A stretch of 64,000 bases of DNA from Vitrella brassicaformis CCMP3155 (lineage: Eukaryota; Protista; Chromerida), in NCBI GenBank assembly GCA_001179505.1, contig CDMY01000469.1, positions 1 through 64,000 of the forward strand, given 5' to 3'. The position numbers and the translations under genes were made by a program. The notes under the pieces were generated by a model. The model was not told where the DNA came from. It saw nothing but the letters and a program-made list of their open reading frames with translations, and made no database searches. Shown one piece after another: positions 38,028 through 51,165 of this stretch. Position 1 is the first letter of the stretch. The number at the start of each line of letters is the position of its first letter.

Positions 38028-40058
38028 TCAGATCCACGGCTCAGGGTATGGCGGTGGGTCGTCCCCCCAGTAGGGTGGCGCGCTGTTCACCCGACCCGGT
38101 AGGCCGGCCATGGCCACCATGCCCCACCCGAAGGCATGGCCACTCTCCACCTGTGGCCACGGCCGCCGTCGCCAGAGGTTGAGCCTCTGCCAGAAGGATG
38201 GAGTGCTGGGGATCACCGGGGCGGTGTCCGGCTCGGTGATGCGATAGAGCTCGCGCGCCTCGACGGCCTTCTTCTGGCGAAGGGGGTCGGTCTCGCCTTG
38301 GTCGTCCCCGGACTGGTTGCGGCAATTGGGGATGAGCAGGACGCTCTCGATCTCGTGGCGGCTGGACGGGGAGTGAGAGGGCAACGAGACAGACAACCAG
38401 ACAGATGGTTTGCTCTCTCTCGGTCTGTCTGTGGTGAGCGACTCTCTCACCATAGCAGACATCGTGGCCGGCAGCAGCTTTGGTTCGTGGCTGCGGGGTT
38501 GGCGGCTCTCTCCTGCAGCGGCCTCATGACCACCTCACTGGCACAACCTGAAATGGCACAAAACAATGACACGTACAATGACTCACAAGCGCACGGGTGG
38601 CTTCTCATCGACCGACCTACCTCGACACATGCCCCCATGGCCGCACGGCAAGAAGACAATCTCCCTCCGCCCCTCGAAGCACACTATGCACTGACTCGAG
38701 GCATTGTCGGCGTCGCCCGACGGGTTCACCGCTTCCAAGGAAGCACCCGCACCCACACTCACATCGACGTCACCCTCATCCGACCCGGTAAGATTAGACG
38801 GCAGGGCGCCTGGAAAGCTGGCAGACCGCGTGCGCATCCCCGGCCCCTCACCGACTGCCATTTGCTCGTCGCCGTCAGCGAGCTGGAGGCCGCTGGACGG
38901 GCGGGGCACGAGGTCCATCTGCAGCGGCTGGATCATGCTGTCGTCCTTCACCGACGACCGGCCGTAGAGGTCAAACCGCCCGCCGCGGCACGGCGCGATC
39001 GACTGGGTGTGGGTGTGGCTGTGGGTGTGGTTGCTGCATTCAGATGGGGCGGCGTGGTGTGCGGTCGGGGTGTCTGGCAGGGACTCAGTGCTCGACGAGG
39101 TGTGGGAGAGAGAAAGCGCCTCTGCAAGCATTCACACACCACACGACACATTCATGTCTGCCTGTCTGCCCACTATATTCTGCAACCCACCCGATGACAC
39201 GCTCGTCGAGGCCGTGTCGGTCTGGTCGCTCTCCAGGCCCTCCAGCCTCCCAGCAACAGCTCCAGCGCTCAGTGTGGGCAGACCGATGATCGTCGGCGCG
39301 GCGACGTCCGAGCAAAGCCGCCCCGTTATCCACGTCAGCCAGTTGAGGCCGTGTGGCGCGCGGCCCTTGTCTTTGGCTGCGGGTCTGAATGAGATGACGT
39401 GCTTGAAGAGGGTTGAGTGCTCCTGCTCGAGGATGACGTGCGTGTCGGCGTTCTGCACCACTGCGAATCAAACACACAGACACACATGAGCACAGACGTC
39501 TTGAGATGTTTGGCTTGTGTGTGGGGGGTGCCCTCGGTCACCTTTGCCGCCCTCAGGGATGATGTGTGCACCGTCTTTGCCCTCATCGCTCTCCGACGCG
39601 ACCACCACATAGGGCGGGGCCGCCTCCGCCACCTCCTCCTCAGGCACCACACCCTCATTGCCCCGACAAACTGAAGCGCACAGCAAAGCAACACCCACAC
39701 ACACCGACACACACGGACAGACGGCGCATGCACAACACAGCGGATGAGGTTCCTGCTTGTCTCCACCGGATCCGTGTGTGTGTGTGTTTCGGTGTGCTCA
39801 CTCACTGCAGTGCCAGAAGAAGAGAAAGACAGTGAACAGCACCGAAGATCCGGCAACCAGCCCCGCCACCAAGCCGTTGCCGGACTGCAGCTCGACAGCT
39901 CGGGCTTCTCCAGACGTCGATTTGAAGTGCCCGTGGCCCTGCTTCTGCTCCAGAAGGGCCCGATAGGCCAGCTGCAGGTTCAGTGTCGGATCTGCCTCGG
40001 CCACCAGGACAGATCCGGAGAGCAGCAGCAGCAGCATGAGCATCCAAACAAGGCTCAT
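38028..40058 (-). CDS. Signal peptide + transmembrane C3HC4 RING-finger E3 ligase, multi-exon
   Basis: MSLVWMLMLLLLLSGSVLVAEA (signal), LVAGLVAGSSVLFTVFLFFW (TM). RING assembled across two introns: CIVCFEGRREIVFLPCGHGGMCR|GCASEVV...PRCLL|CRHEIESVLLI. Confidence 0.8.
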
Positions 40059-40254
40059 GGCGACGGTGCGCTGCCGCCAACACGCCACGCGACCACAAGG
40101 GGTTTCGGGAAAAGGTTGCTTGTGTGCGAGCCTTTTGGCTTTCTAGGCTCGCATCCCTGGATTGGCAACATGAACGACGACGCCCTCTCCGACGCCCAAT
40201 CGAGTGCCTTCACTGCGGTGCACACAGAGATGATACAACAGGAGATGGCCCGCC

Positions 40255-41005
40255 ATGACCAAGCAGCAGCTCATTGACGAGATCAGCGGGCAGAGAGACG
40301 AATACAAGCGGGAGAGAGATGAGTGGAAGCAGCGGTCTCAGCAGGCCGAGGCCGAATGCAGAGACTGGAAGCGGCGGTGCGAGGAGGTATACACAACCAA
40401 GCCAAAAGGCAGAGAGAAACACATCTACGCGCTGTCTGTGCGTGTCTGTCTGTCTGCAGGCCGAGGCGAAGCTGAAGGCCTTCGAGCAGGGGCCTTCGTT
40501 GGCGAGCCTCCATTGGGAGGGCGGCATGTACCACGGCAATGTCCGCAACAAGATGCCACACGGCGAGGGCACTCTGCGCACACTCGACGGCCAGAACTCA
40601 CTCTACGAGGGCCAATGGGCGGACGGCAAACGAGACGGCAAAGGCAAGCAATACGCCCCATGCCAACTGGGAAAGGAGACCAAGATCTGTCTCGTGTATG
40701 AGGGCGATTTTGTGAACGGCAAGCGACACGGCCAGGGGAAGGCCTTCTACGAGTGGCATGGTCCTGTATTGTGGTTTGATGGCGAATGGCGAGACGGCCT
40801 GGCCTACAGCGGCACCCTCTTCCGTGACGGCGACGGGGTTGGACAGAAGAATGCTGACGGCAGCCCTCGGTGGCCCATCAAGCCCATTCGATGGCAGGCC
40901 GGACAGAAGATACCCAACACCGACCTGTGTGGGTGGGGATATGCCCTGCATCAGTGCCTGCGTGATCAGGGTGTGTCGGGATATTTCCCTGCTGGCGCAC
41001 TGTGA
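40255..41005 (+). CDS. Coiled-coil + MORN protein, copy 7 (short; upstream family ATG at 40150 is out of frame)
   Basis: MTKQQLIDEISGQRDEYKRERDEWK...RCEE|AEAKLKAFEQ...GYFPAGAL*. The ATG at 40150 terminates at TGA 40275-40277, so the gene either starts at GCCATG 40255 or is frameshifted. Confidence 0.7.
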
Positions 41006-42439
41006 TAGTGAGTGTGTCTCTCGTGACCGTCTGTTTGGCTGTGTGTGTTTGTGTCTGGAGGTTTGTGTGTTGTGTGTGTCATATGTCTACGGATGTGTCT
41101 GTCTGCATCCATTGGGGGGAGGGAGAGAGGCAGTGCAGTGTCTGTTTTATTCGATGGTTTGTGGCCTTACGAGACTCGACGGCTGCGTGCGGTTGTCTGT
41201 CTGCCGATGTGTGTCTGAGTCTCTCTTTGCTGTCTGTGTGCGTGTAAGGGGCTGAAAGTAAGTTGATCGGTCAGACAGGTTTTCACACCATGGCCCTGAC
41301 GACTCTCGTGTGGGTGTGTTTGCTGCACTCTTGCCATTGATTTGAGACCGAAAGTGCATTGCCATGTCGTCAATGCAGTGTCCATATTTTGGCGTCCTCA
41401 CCTTTGCCACAGCACGGCGGACACACAGAAAGGCATGCATTGTGACGCGCATGTGTAAGTGTGCGGGAAATGTGCACCGCAACCGAATCGTTGGAATGAT
41501 TTCCACACACAATGCACTTGATGGATCGATGCATGTGTTGCAATGGTGTGTGGTGGTGTGTGTCTGCAGTGACATACGGCACTCACGCCTCCTTCAGTCA
41601 GTCATCAGCACATTCGTTGATGCCATTTATCCATCGGCGCCCTGGTGGCGCTGCACTCACTCACAACAGCACCTTCACACACACACACACACACCCATCC
41701 ATCCATCCATGAATCCGTCCACTTAGCCAGTCATCCGAGGAGTGAGTCACCACATCAACACGCCACCGTCCGTCCACATCCATCAGTGCCACCGACAGGG
41801 GCGGCGCTTATGCCGCTGGTGGACACGAAGGGAAGGGGAGAGACGGTGAGGTGCATATGAACACATTGGTAGGTAGATGTGCACACAGAGAGACAGAGAG
41901 AGAGTCCGTCCGTCTGTCTGTCAGCAATGCATCTTAGCTACATCCATCCATCCGGATCCAACCAATCCTGTGACTAAGTAAGTATGTCATCCCGTCCACA
42001 CACATCTATCGGTCGGGCAGGAAGCGGAGAGGCGGTGCATATGGCGTGTGCAGACAGAGACAGAGACAGAGAGGGAGAGGGAGAGGGAGATGGCGAGAGA
42101 AAGGGACACATACGCACGCCCCCATCCACCTATTGGCACGCACCGTCACGTCAACACTCACCGTCATATAAAATGTAGACAGCAATCGCATGGACGATGG
42201 CAAAGACGCTCAGGCGCTGCGTGGCTCCGTCGGTCCACATCTTGCCGCTTTTGACGGTCTCAGTGACGGTGGTGGTGGTGGGCCTGGGGATGCACCTCAG
42301 ATGGCGGTGGGTCGTGGCGGCCATCCTGCACAGCACACACATTTAAACGTGTCAGTCAGTGGACGTGCAATCAAACAGTCATGCAGTGCAGCAGAGATGG
42401 AAACTGCTGATTGATTGGTATCTATGTACCTCTTGGCTA

Positions 42440-44910
42440 TGTGTCCGATGTAGGCCGACGCGATTTTGATCTGGTGGAACGGATGTGGGCGACCCTGCTT
42501 GGCCGCTCGAATGTCTTGTGCGTGACGCTGGCCATGTGCTGGGCCAGTCGGGCCTACGAGCATACAGACAGACAGACAGACAGCCGGTGTGTGCAAGAGA
42601 GCGGCCGGCGTCCGTGAGTTGGTCACTTATTATGTACCAGATCGCCCAGAGAGGCCTGACGGGGGCTCTTGAAGACGAACGAGTCACTCAAGTCGCACAT
42701 GGCGGCCATCCTCTCGTATGCAATCTGAGCCAGGAACAAACCCAACCAAATCAACCAAACCACATGTGTGTGTGCAGTGAGTGCATATGGCCATCGGATC
42801 GGTTGTCAAGCTCTTGTCTGTCTGCTCCTTCCTTGCAAGCAAGGCAATTCCGCCCACCCATCTGCCGTCGGGGCCCATGGTGGACAAGTTGAAGTGGTGG
42901 GAGTGACTGTTGTAGTGCGGCCCCCATGGGAAATCAGCAAACACCTACACACACAGACATACAGACAGACAGACAGACAGACACGGACACACGTAAGATG
43001 GTCGACCATGATGTGTGTGTGGCGGGGACAGATGCACAGAGGCAGGCAGCTTGCTGTGCTGTGCTGTGTGGGCTTGGCTTACCGCATCGAACTTGGCGTT
43101 CGGGGGTCGAAGCATCCCCCATATCAGCAGGTGCTTGTCGATGCGGTCGGTCGGTGACCTCCTCAAAGGGCTCCTCGCACAGCATCACCTGCCCCTCACT
43201 CATACCTGGTTGTATGTATCGTATTAGCAAAGGAGGGAGGGAGGCGAGACACACACACCCAAACAAACAAACAAAACACACACGCACAAGAATAAGAAAG
43301 AAAGAGAAAGTTCGCCGAGTTGGTTGGTGTGGCGTCCTCCTGCCTGCCCACCGTACCGTATGCCTTGTAGAGGTTGGCCTCAGCGATGGCATAGTGGACC
43401 GGGTTGACCTCGCAGCCATAGACCTCCAGGCCCTGCCGGGCTAACGCTACCGAGTTGCCCGTTGCACAACACATCACAACACAACAGACACACGCACACA
43501 CGTAGTAGTGTGGTGGATGGGGTAAATCAAGTGCTCTGAGGGTGTGGGCGTCTCGTCTGCTATCCCTCCTTACCGGCACCGACGCACGGCTCGAAGATCA
43601 GGCCCTCCGGGTACACCTTGGCGACGGCCTGTGCGGTCAGGTTGGCGATGGCCTCCTCCGTGACGCTATACCTGAATTAATCAATCATCCATCGACAAAC
43701 ACCCACACCAATGCCACCCACCATACATATGAGTGTGTCGGTCAGCGCACACATGCAGCTCACTCACTCACATGAGCTCCTTTTGGTTTGAGATGTTGCT
43801 CATGGCCGTCGGGTTGTGGAAGAGGGCTGCGTCGTCGACCACCTTGACGGTCAGGATTACCTCGACCTTCAGGCGGTCGACGGCCCGCGACATCGGCCGC
43901 ACTGGCGAGGCGGTCGTCGCTCGGTCGACCGGCGCGTCCCCAGGCGGCTGTGTGGCGGCAACCTGCACAAGTAGTTACATACAGCCACCACGATACAAAC
44001 CAATTTGTCTTCCATGTCGTCTGTGCCCCTCACCCACCTGATCCGATTCGCGCCCCTTGCCCGTCTCGTTGTGGCCGTCAGGCCCGATATGGTCGTGCTG
44101 CCTCACTGGCCTGTGCTCGCCATGATCGTCGGCCGCAACCCCCACACCCACACCCACTCCAGCGCCCCCCCCGGCCGTCCTCGCCCTCCTGTGGTGTGGG
44201 CGGGGTGTCGATGACCACCTCCAGGCACTCCACACCGGCACCCGCAGAGACGCTACGCTCGTCAGCAGACCTACTGCACACAGACACACGCACGGTGCGC
44301 TTGTTTCTCCCTCCCTCCCTCCCTCCCTCATCGTGTGTGTCTGTGGGTATTCATTGTACCTTTCTGTCGTCTGGTTGGCCCATTCGCCCTCGTACTTGGC
44401 CACCCCACCGCCCCTGCCCCCGACCCACTCACCGACGTACACACCCTCGCACCCCTGGCCGTCGCCGGCAGCCTGGAGCACAACACACGCAGCAGAGAGC
44501 CGCCGCCACCGACGCACGCCCCGGCGAGTGAGATGGTCCTCGCCGTGGCAGCTGGGGCTGGGCAGGGCAACGCATGGCTCGCTGCCGGCGGGTGTGTGTG
44601 TGTGGGGCATGCCGGCGTCTGGTGCGGGTGGGGTGCGCGGCGGGTCGGCTTTGTGGGGTGGCACCAGCAGCGTGGCATCGACCTGCAGGACGCGCTGGGT
44701 CTCCTGTGGTGGCACCAGGAAGAGAACCAGCTCGTCCATCCAGGACAGGTAGGTCGGCCTGACATACACAACGTCACCCTCCTGCTGCGACGCGACAACA
44801 AACAGTACATAGCACGATCAACACATTCGCTCCTCAGTCGGACCGTATCAAGCGTGTGCGCATCGGCGGGGGCTTGCAGCTGCCGACGGCCCGCTATCTG
44901 TTGCCACATC
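42440..44910 (-). CDS. TGS1-like (trimethylguanosine synthase-type) SAM-dependent methyltransferase with an unusual N-terminal region; ends uncertain
   Basis: Spliced core: YSVTEEAIANLTAQAVAK...LIFEPCVGAG|GNSVALARQGLEVYGCEVNPVHYAIAEANL...|VFADFPWGPHY...FNLSTMGPDG...|SDSFVFKSPRQASL...HQIKIASAYIG. This parallels TGS1 (F/Y)SVTPExIA, DAFCGVGGN, VFLSPPWGGPDY, FLPRN and KTITAYFG. Confidence 0.7.
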
Positions 44911-45787
44911 CACCTGACCACACACACAGACAGACACACACGCCATCCGGGCAACATCTGTCTGTCATGACTGTGCGGTGCGTCACATCAATGTGAGCAT
45001 TAAGGCTGTTCTCTGTTGCACCTCAACGTATCCATGGCTGGCTGCCGCTCAAGGCCTTCCTTCGAGGACACGGACAGATGCTGCCTGGCAGCTGGAGACC
45101 TGTCTGCCGGCGTCGGTTCTTTCTCCGGCAGCCTGCAGCACAACACACACAGCAGAGAGCCGCCGTCATCGGCACGCCATCATGCCATCATAGCTCAATG
45201 CAGAGCTGCATGAGCGTCGACGGCATTACGGCAGAGGGACCTCTTTTCCCTCACTGCTGTGGGCTGCCCGTCCTCACACTCATACCTTATGGCCGCTTGC
45301 GATTCGAACTTCTCGGACGCGTCGAAACCTCTCGAGTTCGGCCGATTACGGCCGGCCCTCTTCGCAAGAATATCACAGCAAGGAAGAGAGCGGATGCAGA
45401 GAGCTCACTGAACGCTCCTCGCCACAAAAGAGGAGCCCCAAGATTTTTGAAATATTTTCTTTTTTGTTTGTCCCCCCGTCTCAGATCGCGACGCTCAATG
45501 CAACTGTTTTACGGATTTCTTTGCGAGCCCTGAGCTGTGCCGGGAATGCGCACAAGAAGCACAGAAGGGGAAGACTCCCGGAGACCTTGCAACGACGAAC
45601 AATTGCGGGGAAAAGAGGTCCTGCGATGCTTCAGCGGTCATCCCGGTTGCTGGCCCCACCGGAAACGAAAGGTAAGTAACAGGTCCCTTCCATCCCGTCC
45701 TGATTAATCAATGCCCGTTGCTGCTGTTGGTGTGTGTGTTTGCTGCCAGGCTGACTAAGTGAATCTCTTCTCCCACAATTACCCACA

Positions 45788-46735
45788 ATGAGCGAACAGC
45801 ACACGGACGACAGCCCCTCCGCTCAATCAAGCGCTTACACTGTGGTGGCGGCCGACATCATGCAGCAGGGGCAGGACCTTCAAAGGTCACAAGAGGCACT
45901 TGCCGCCCGGCTGACAAGACAAATGGAGGAGCTGGAGGCACGACACCGGGCGGACCGAGCAAGGGATAGAGATGAGTGGCGACGGGAGCGCAGTGTACTT
46001 GAGGGCCGTATTCGACAGCTGGAAGCCAACTCCATTATGGTGGGCAGTCTGACCTGGGAAGACGACCCCGAGTATCATTCACAGCCATTGAATGAAAGGT
46101 ATCGCATCTACGACGGGCAGAAGCTGAATGGGCAGCCCCACGGCAGCGGCACTGTGCGGAAACCTGGCGGGTCTGTCGTATTCAGTGGTGACTGGCAACA
46201 CGGCAAGAGACACGGCCGAGGGACGGAGTTCCGCGGTGACGGCCAGCTGGTGTACGACGGCGAGTGGGCCAACGGAGAGAAGACAAACAGAGGGGAGGGA
46301 AAGGTGGGCTTCATGGAGCTCAGAGACGACAAGGGACAGCTGGTGGGCTACTATCACGGCGAGACACAAGACGGGCAGCCAAATGGCGAGGGGGAACTGC
46401 GAGACGGCCGCAACAATGCCGTCTACAAGGGCGGGTGGAAGAACGGCAAACAACACGGCCAGGGAAGAGCATACTACGACGGTTATGGTCCTGTGTTGTG
46501 GTTTGATGGCGAGTGGCGAGAGGGCCTGGCCCACAGCGGCACCCTCTTCCCTGACGGCACCTGGCATGGAGTGAAGAATGCTGACGGCAGCCCCCAGTGT
46601 CCCATCACGCCCATTCGATGGCAGGCCGGACAGAAGATACCCAACACCGACCTCGTGCCTGGCAGCACACGTAAGCTGCCTCAGTGCCTGCAGGGTCGGG
46701 GTCTGTCGGGATATTTCCCTGCGGATGCACTGTGA
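45788..46735 (+). CDS. Coiled-coil + MORN protein, copy 8 (intact, intronless CDS)
   Basis: 315-aa ORF with a coiled coil, MORN repeats and the GYFPADAL* end; probable 5'UTR intron upstream (GTAAGT near 45672). Confidence 0.85.
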   Translation: MSEQHTDDSPSAQSSAYTVVAADIMQQGQDLQRSQEALAARLTRQMEELEARHRADRARDRDEWRRERSVLEGRIRQLEANSIMVGSLTWEDDPEYHSQPLNERYRIYDGQKLNGQPHGSGTVRKPGGSVVFSGDWQHGKRHGRGTEFRGDGQLVYDGEWANGEKTNRGEGKVGFMELRDDKGQLVGYYHGETQDGQPNGEGELRDGRNNAVYKGGWKNGKQHGQGRAYYDGYGPVLWFDGEWREGLAHSGTLFPDGTWHGVKNADGSPQCPITPIRWQAGQKIPNTDLVPGSTRKLPQCLQGRGLSGYFPADAL

Positions 46736-47269
46736 TAGTGAGTGTGTCTCTCGTGGCTGTCTGGCGGTGTTTTTGGATGGCTGCGTTCACAAACAGAAAA
46801 TCAGACAGATGATGGAGGGCTGAGCCTCTTGGAGAACTGATTGAGTCTCGTGCGGCCGCATGGGTGCCTGGCTGTTTGTGTCTATGTCATGTGTGCCATT
46901 GGTCTGATGATCTGCGTATATGCACTGAAGGACAGACAGAGGGAGGGAGAGGCTGCATTGGTGGTGCCTTGTGTTCTCAGGATGCTTTCTGTGTGTCATG
47001 GTGTCTGTGTGGATGCAATCTGTGTGCACCGACTTAATGACGTCACTACGTATCACGTTGCTGCCTGCTGTCTGCTTTTGTGCTCGCATTTTCTCAATAA
47101 GAGCGTCACAAAATGGAGTCGGTGGTGTGACACTTGGGGCCTTGAATGAAAGGCCCTCACTTCGAAATGCGACGGTTCTCACCGCATCACAAGATTGAAA
47201 ACATCCACGGATGCATGCAGGTCACACCGAGGCTAAACGCATTGGCCACACGCACACAGACAACACACC

Positions 47270-47440
47270 ACACGGAGCAGACAGACCACCACCTGAGGGC
47301 ACTTTGGACGGGAGGAAGTGGTATGATCGCGACCCCACGCTGTCTGTCGATCGCATGCCGTGGCACGCCGGCCAGCGTGCGAATTGCCGCGGTTTCTGAA
47401 GCAGTGGGTCTGTCCAGGAATTTCCCTTGCTGGTGCACTG
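47270..47440 (+). pseudogene. Degenerate remnant of the MORN-family C-terminus
   Basis: ...MPWHAGQ...gaattgccgcggtttctgaagcag...ttcccttgctggtgcactg resembles WQAGQ...ELHHLLQ...FPAGAL with frameshifts. Confidence 0.55.
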
Positions 47441-48008
47441 CCTGCTGGTGCATCGATGCAGTACGTGTGTCTTATCTGGTGGCTGGCTGGCTGTCAACCT
47501 TTTTTTTGTGCGGGTGTGTGCGTTGGTGGCTGCTGCCGTTTTCTGACGCTTTGTGTCTTCATGACCCCTGCCTGTCTGCCTAGCTGTCCTCGTCTCTTCG
47601 TCCCTTCATCGTGTCAGCCATGACTCGAGTGAACATGTCTGCTTTATCAAGTATCGTTGGTTGTGATTGCATCTCAATTTCATTGCTGCCCTACGCGCCA
47701 ACATTCCCACACCCATGCGCCAAGACAGACAAGACGCCACATAAGAGATGAGCGGGCGCCCTTGGGGATGGATGGAAACGAGATTTTGTGCAACCCAAGG
47801 CCTGAAGACGATGCAAACCACCCTCAGACGGAGCGAGGCGTCGAGAAAAGCAGATCCACTCGCCTTTGCCAATCGATCGCGATCGACCCCAATGGCGAAG
47901 CGAATTTCAGTCATGTTTCGTTCAGTAGGTGTAGATTCCGGCCGTCTGTCCTCCTGAAATGGTCCGTCCGCCGAGCTGAGGCGAGATCTCCCATTTTCTC
48001 AGCTCCCG

Positions 48009-51000
48009 ATGGCGGCCACGGCGGCCGGTGGCACGGGCAAGAAGACTCTTGAGGATGACCAGTCGGAGCACCTGGCGCCCAAGCAGGTCATCGACAAGAT
48101 CCGACTGGATAGGTTTCGCATTGGAGGTAGGATGGATGGTCGGCACAGGCACACACACGCAATCACATGACAGATCTGTCCATGTGCACGGATGTGTGGA
48201 TGTGTGGGTGTGTGCAGCTGCATCTGAATCATCGTCGTCGGGAGGCGGTCAGGAGACCTTGGTTTGGGCGCTCAACAACGTCCTAAAAGGCGTTGCCGTC
48301 AATGTATGTGGCGACGGAGGGAGGGAGGGAGAGAGGAAGGGAAGAAGAGTGCCCATTCTCTTTCTTTCTGGGTGTGTGTGTGTCATCAGGTCAATAGCGA
48401 GGCGGACCACTGTGTAGAGGAGCTTGTACAGAACGTCCGGTGCGTCCACATACACACACACACACACACAGATCCATCCATCCATCCACAGACAGACGCG
48501 CAAACACATGTATTGCCTTCTGCACATCCCATGCAGCGACGCGCAGCTGAGTCTGCCTGAGGGCGAGAAAGGTGTGTTGGAGATAAGGCTGCTGCGGAGG
48601 GACCCGCTCAACTGCATCCACAGACAAGACTGGCTGGACCAGTATGCCCGACACACACACACACACACACACCCCTAGCCACGTGTGTATGCCCACTTTT
48701 GTGTGTAATTGTGTGTGTGTGGTGCAGCGACATGGACGCGAAGCATCCTGTGCCTGAGGAGTGCATCCAGGACAGAGGCTGCCTGCTGCTGGTGGGTGCT
48801 TGTGGACATCGATCGACAACATGGCTGAGAAAGAATGAGTGCGTGAATGTGTGTGTGAATGTTTGTGTGTGGTCAGGTGTACAATGAGCGGGGGTTCAGG
48901 GGCACGGATGTTGACGCCATCTGCGACCTCGGCAGGGTACCACTCATTACTACCCCCCCACTCCTCCACAGAGAGATCTCCCATGTGTGTGTGGATGATG
49001 GGTGCATGCAGTCGACCAAGAAGGATGCGGGCGGCAAGTTTGTGGGGGAGAAGGGGCAGGGCTTCAAGAGCGTCTTCAGAGTCGCTGAGTACAAACCACA
49101 CACAGGCAAACCAGGCGCGCACCTCTCTCTCTCTCTGTGTGTGTGTGAGTGTGTAGGTTCGCGTACATTCTGTCCGACCAGCCGGACTCGCAGTACTTCT
49201 TCCGCCAGAGGAAACACGAGCACCCTGATGCCGGCGTCTGGTAACCACACACACACTCCCACACACCAACTAACCTAGAGAGGGAGATGGAGTGGTTGTG
49301 TATGTGTTGGCACAGGTTGGTGGTGCCCGACTTCATTCAGAAGGAGAGCATCCCCACAGACATCAGAGAGCTCATCAAGGTGAGCTGTGCATCCAACCTT
49401 CTTTCTCACACAAGTGTGTGTGTGTGTGTGTGTGTGGATGGGGGGCGCAGGGCAAGACCTGCATCGCTCTGTCGATCGGCACCCCCGAGAGCAGCAGGGA
49501 CCCCGACGCACACTACAACACCATCTACGACAAACTCACAACCGTACGCCTCGACCACCCCACCACACACACATATACACACACACATCGGTCCAGCATC
49601 ACCATTCATCCCTTGTCCCTTGTGTGTTCAGAAGTTGCTGCCCGAGTGTTTCCTGTTCCTGGACAAACCGGACACCATCAAGATCTCCGCTGAGGTGCCC
49701 TTCCATCCATCCATCCATCCAGATGCACAGACGAATGGCTGCCGTCGTGTGGGTGTGCGTGCAGAGGCCGGACGGCACTCGGACGGACGAGCGTGTGTTG
49801 GAGAGGAAAGTTGTGATGCACAGCCAACAGGAGGGCTACTCGGTGACCCGCCTCACCCCCAAGACACACGCACACACGCACAGAGAGAGGGAACCATTCA
49901 CACACGCGCCCCCCTGTCTGTCTGTCTGTCTGTCTGTCCGTCCGTGTGCAGTTGGTAGTGTTGTCGTTGCGCGTTGAGGGTGGCGGTGGCGGTGGCGGTG
50001 CGGCGGCTGCGGCGGCTGCGAGTGCTGGTGCGGGCGGTGGTCTGACCATCGACCGGCCCTACCTCGTCATCGAACAGACCTTCAACGTCCCATCCAACAT
50101 CGCAAAGGTCACATAGCCCTCACCCCCTCTCCCCGAGAACACACACACACACACACGCAATGGTGTGTGTGCGTGTGTGTGCAGAACACCGAGGGCCGCA
50201 AGGACGCCAAGGAGCGCACCATCTGGGTGGCCATGCTCGTCGAAGAACTCTCCACACTAATGCGTACACACACAGGGAGAGAGAGAGAGATCGCCCCCAC
50301 ACACTAGATGTGTGTGCATTCTGTCTGTCTGTCTGTCTGTTTGTCTGTGTGCACATCAGAGAAGCGCGCCGAGATCGGTCGTCACAAGGCCGCCTGCAGC
50401 CGGCGGGACGGCGGCGGCGACCGCATTGCGCTCAAGGACGACACCGAACTGCCGATGGTCTTCACATACCTGCCCACAGGCAAGCCCACACACACAGAGA
50501 GAGGGACATAGGCATATGTGTGTGGACCTCTCTCTCTGTGTGTATGTGTGTGCAGATCAGGAGCGCACTGGCCTGCCCGTGTTGGTCAACGCTGATTGGC
50601 GGCTGGTGGCTTCGCGTAAGCAGCCAGACCTCATGGGGGTGCGTGTGTGTATCACTGCGAGTGGGTGTGTATATGTGTGTATGTGTGTGCAGGTGAGAGT
50701 TGTTCTACATCTGTGTGGAACTTCTGGCTGGCGGGCAACATCAGACACGTCTACACCAAGGTCAGTCCGCCTACACCCACACAAGTGCGTTGGTCGATCA
50801 CATCTGTGCGGCTGCAGGGTTTGCACGTGCTCTCGTCCCTCCAGCAGTACGCCCACCTGCTGCCGCGATTCATACCCATGAGGTGCCTCTCCCCACCTCC
50901 CCTCCACCCTCCACACACATACCTACACCCTCTCTGTGTGTGTGCGTCTGTGTGTCTGATGGCATCGGCTGCAGCAATGTGCGCGACGTGTCGCGAGTGT

Positions 51001-51122
51001 TTGATCGCAATGAGGACGAAGATCGGCCGATGAGCGTCGCCGAGGAGATACTCAACGGACTCAGGTGAGCCACACCTCTGCACGCACACACACAGAGAGA
51101 GAGAGAGAGAGATCCGCGCCCC

Positions 51123-51165
<43 letters not shown>

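Noticed and set aside
43300-43680. Reading the SAM motif as an N6/N4 DNA methyltransferase
   Set aside because: The flanking YSVTEEAIA and VFADFPWGPHY motifs fit the TGS1 family better; no DPPY/NPPY motif was seen.
47657-48052. ORF upstream of the GHKL-DNMT gene as its first coding exon
   Set aside because: No recognisable motif. The GHKL N-terminal signature begins right after ATG 48009, and the upstream acceptor may belong to a 5'UTR intron. Left unresolved.
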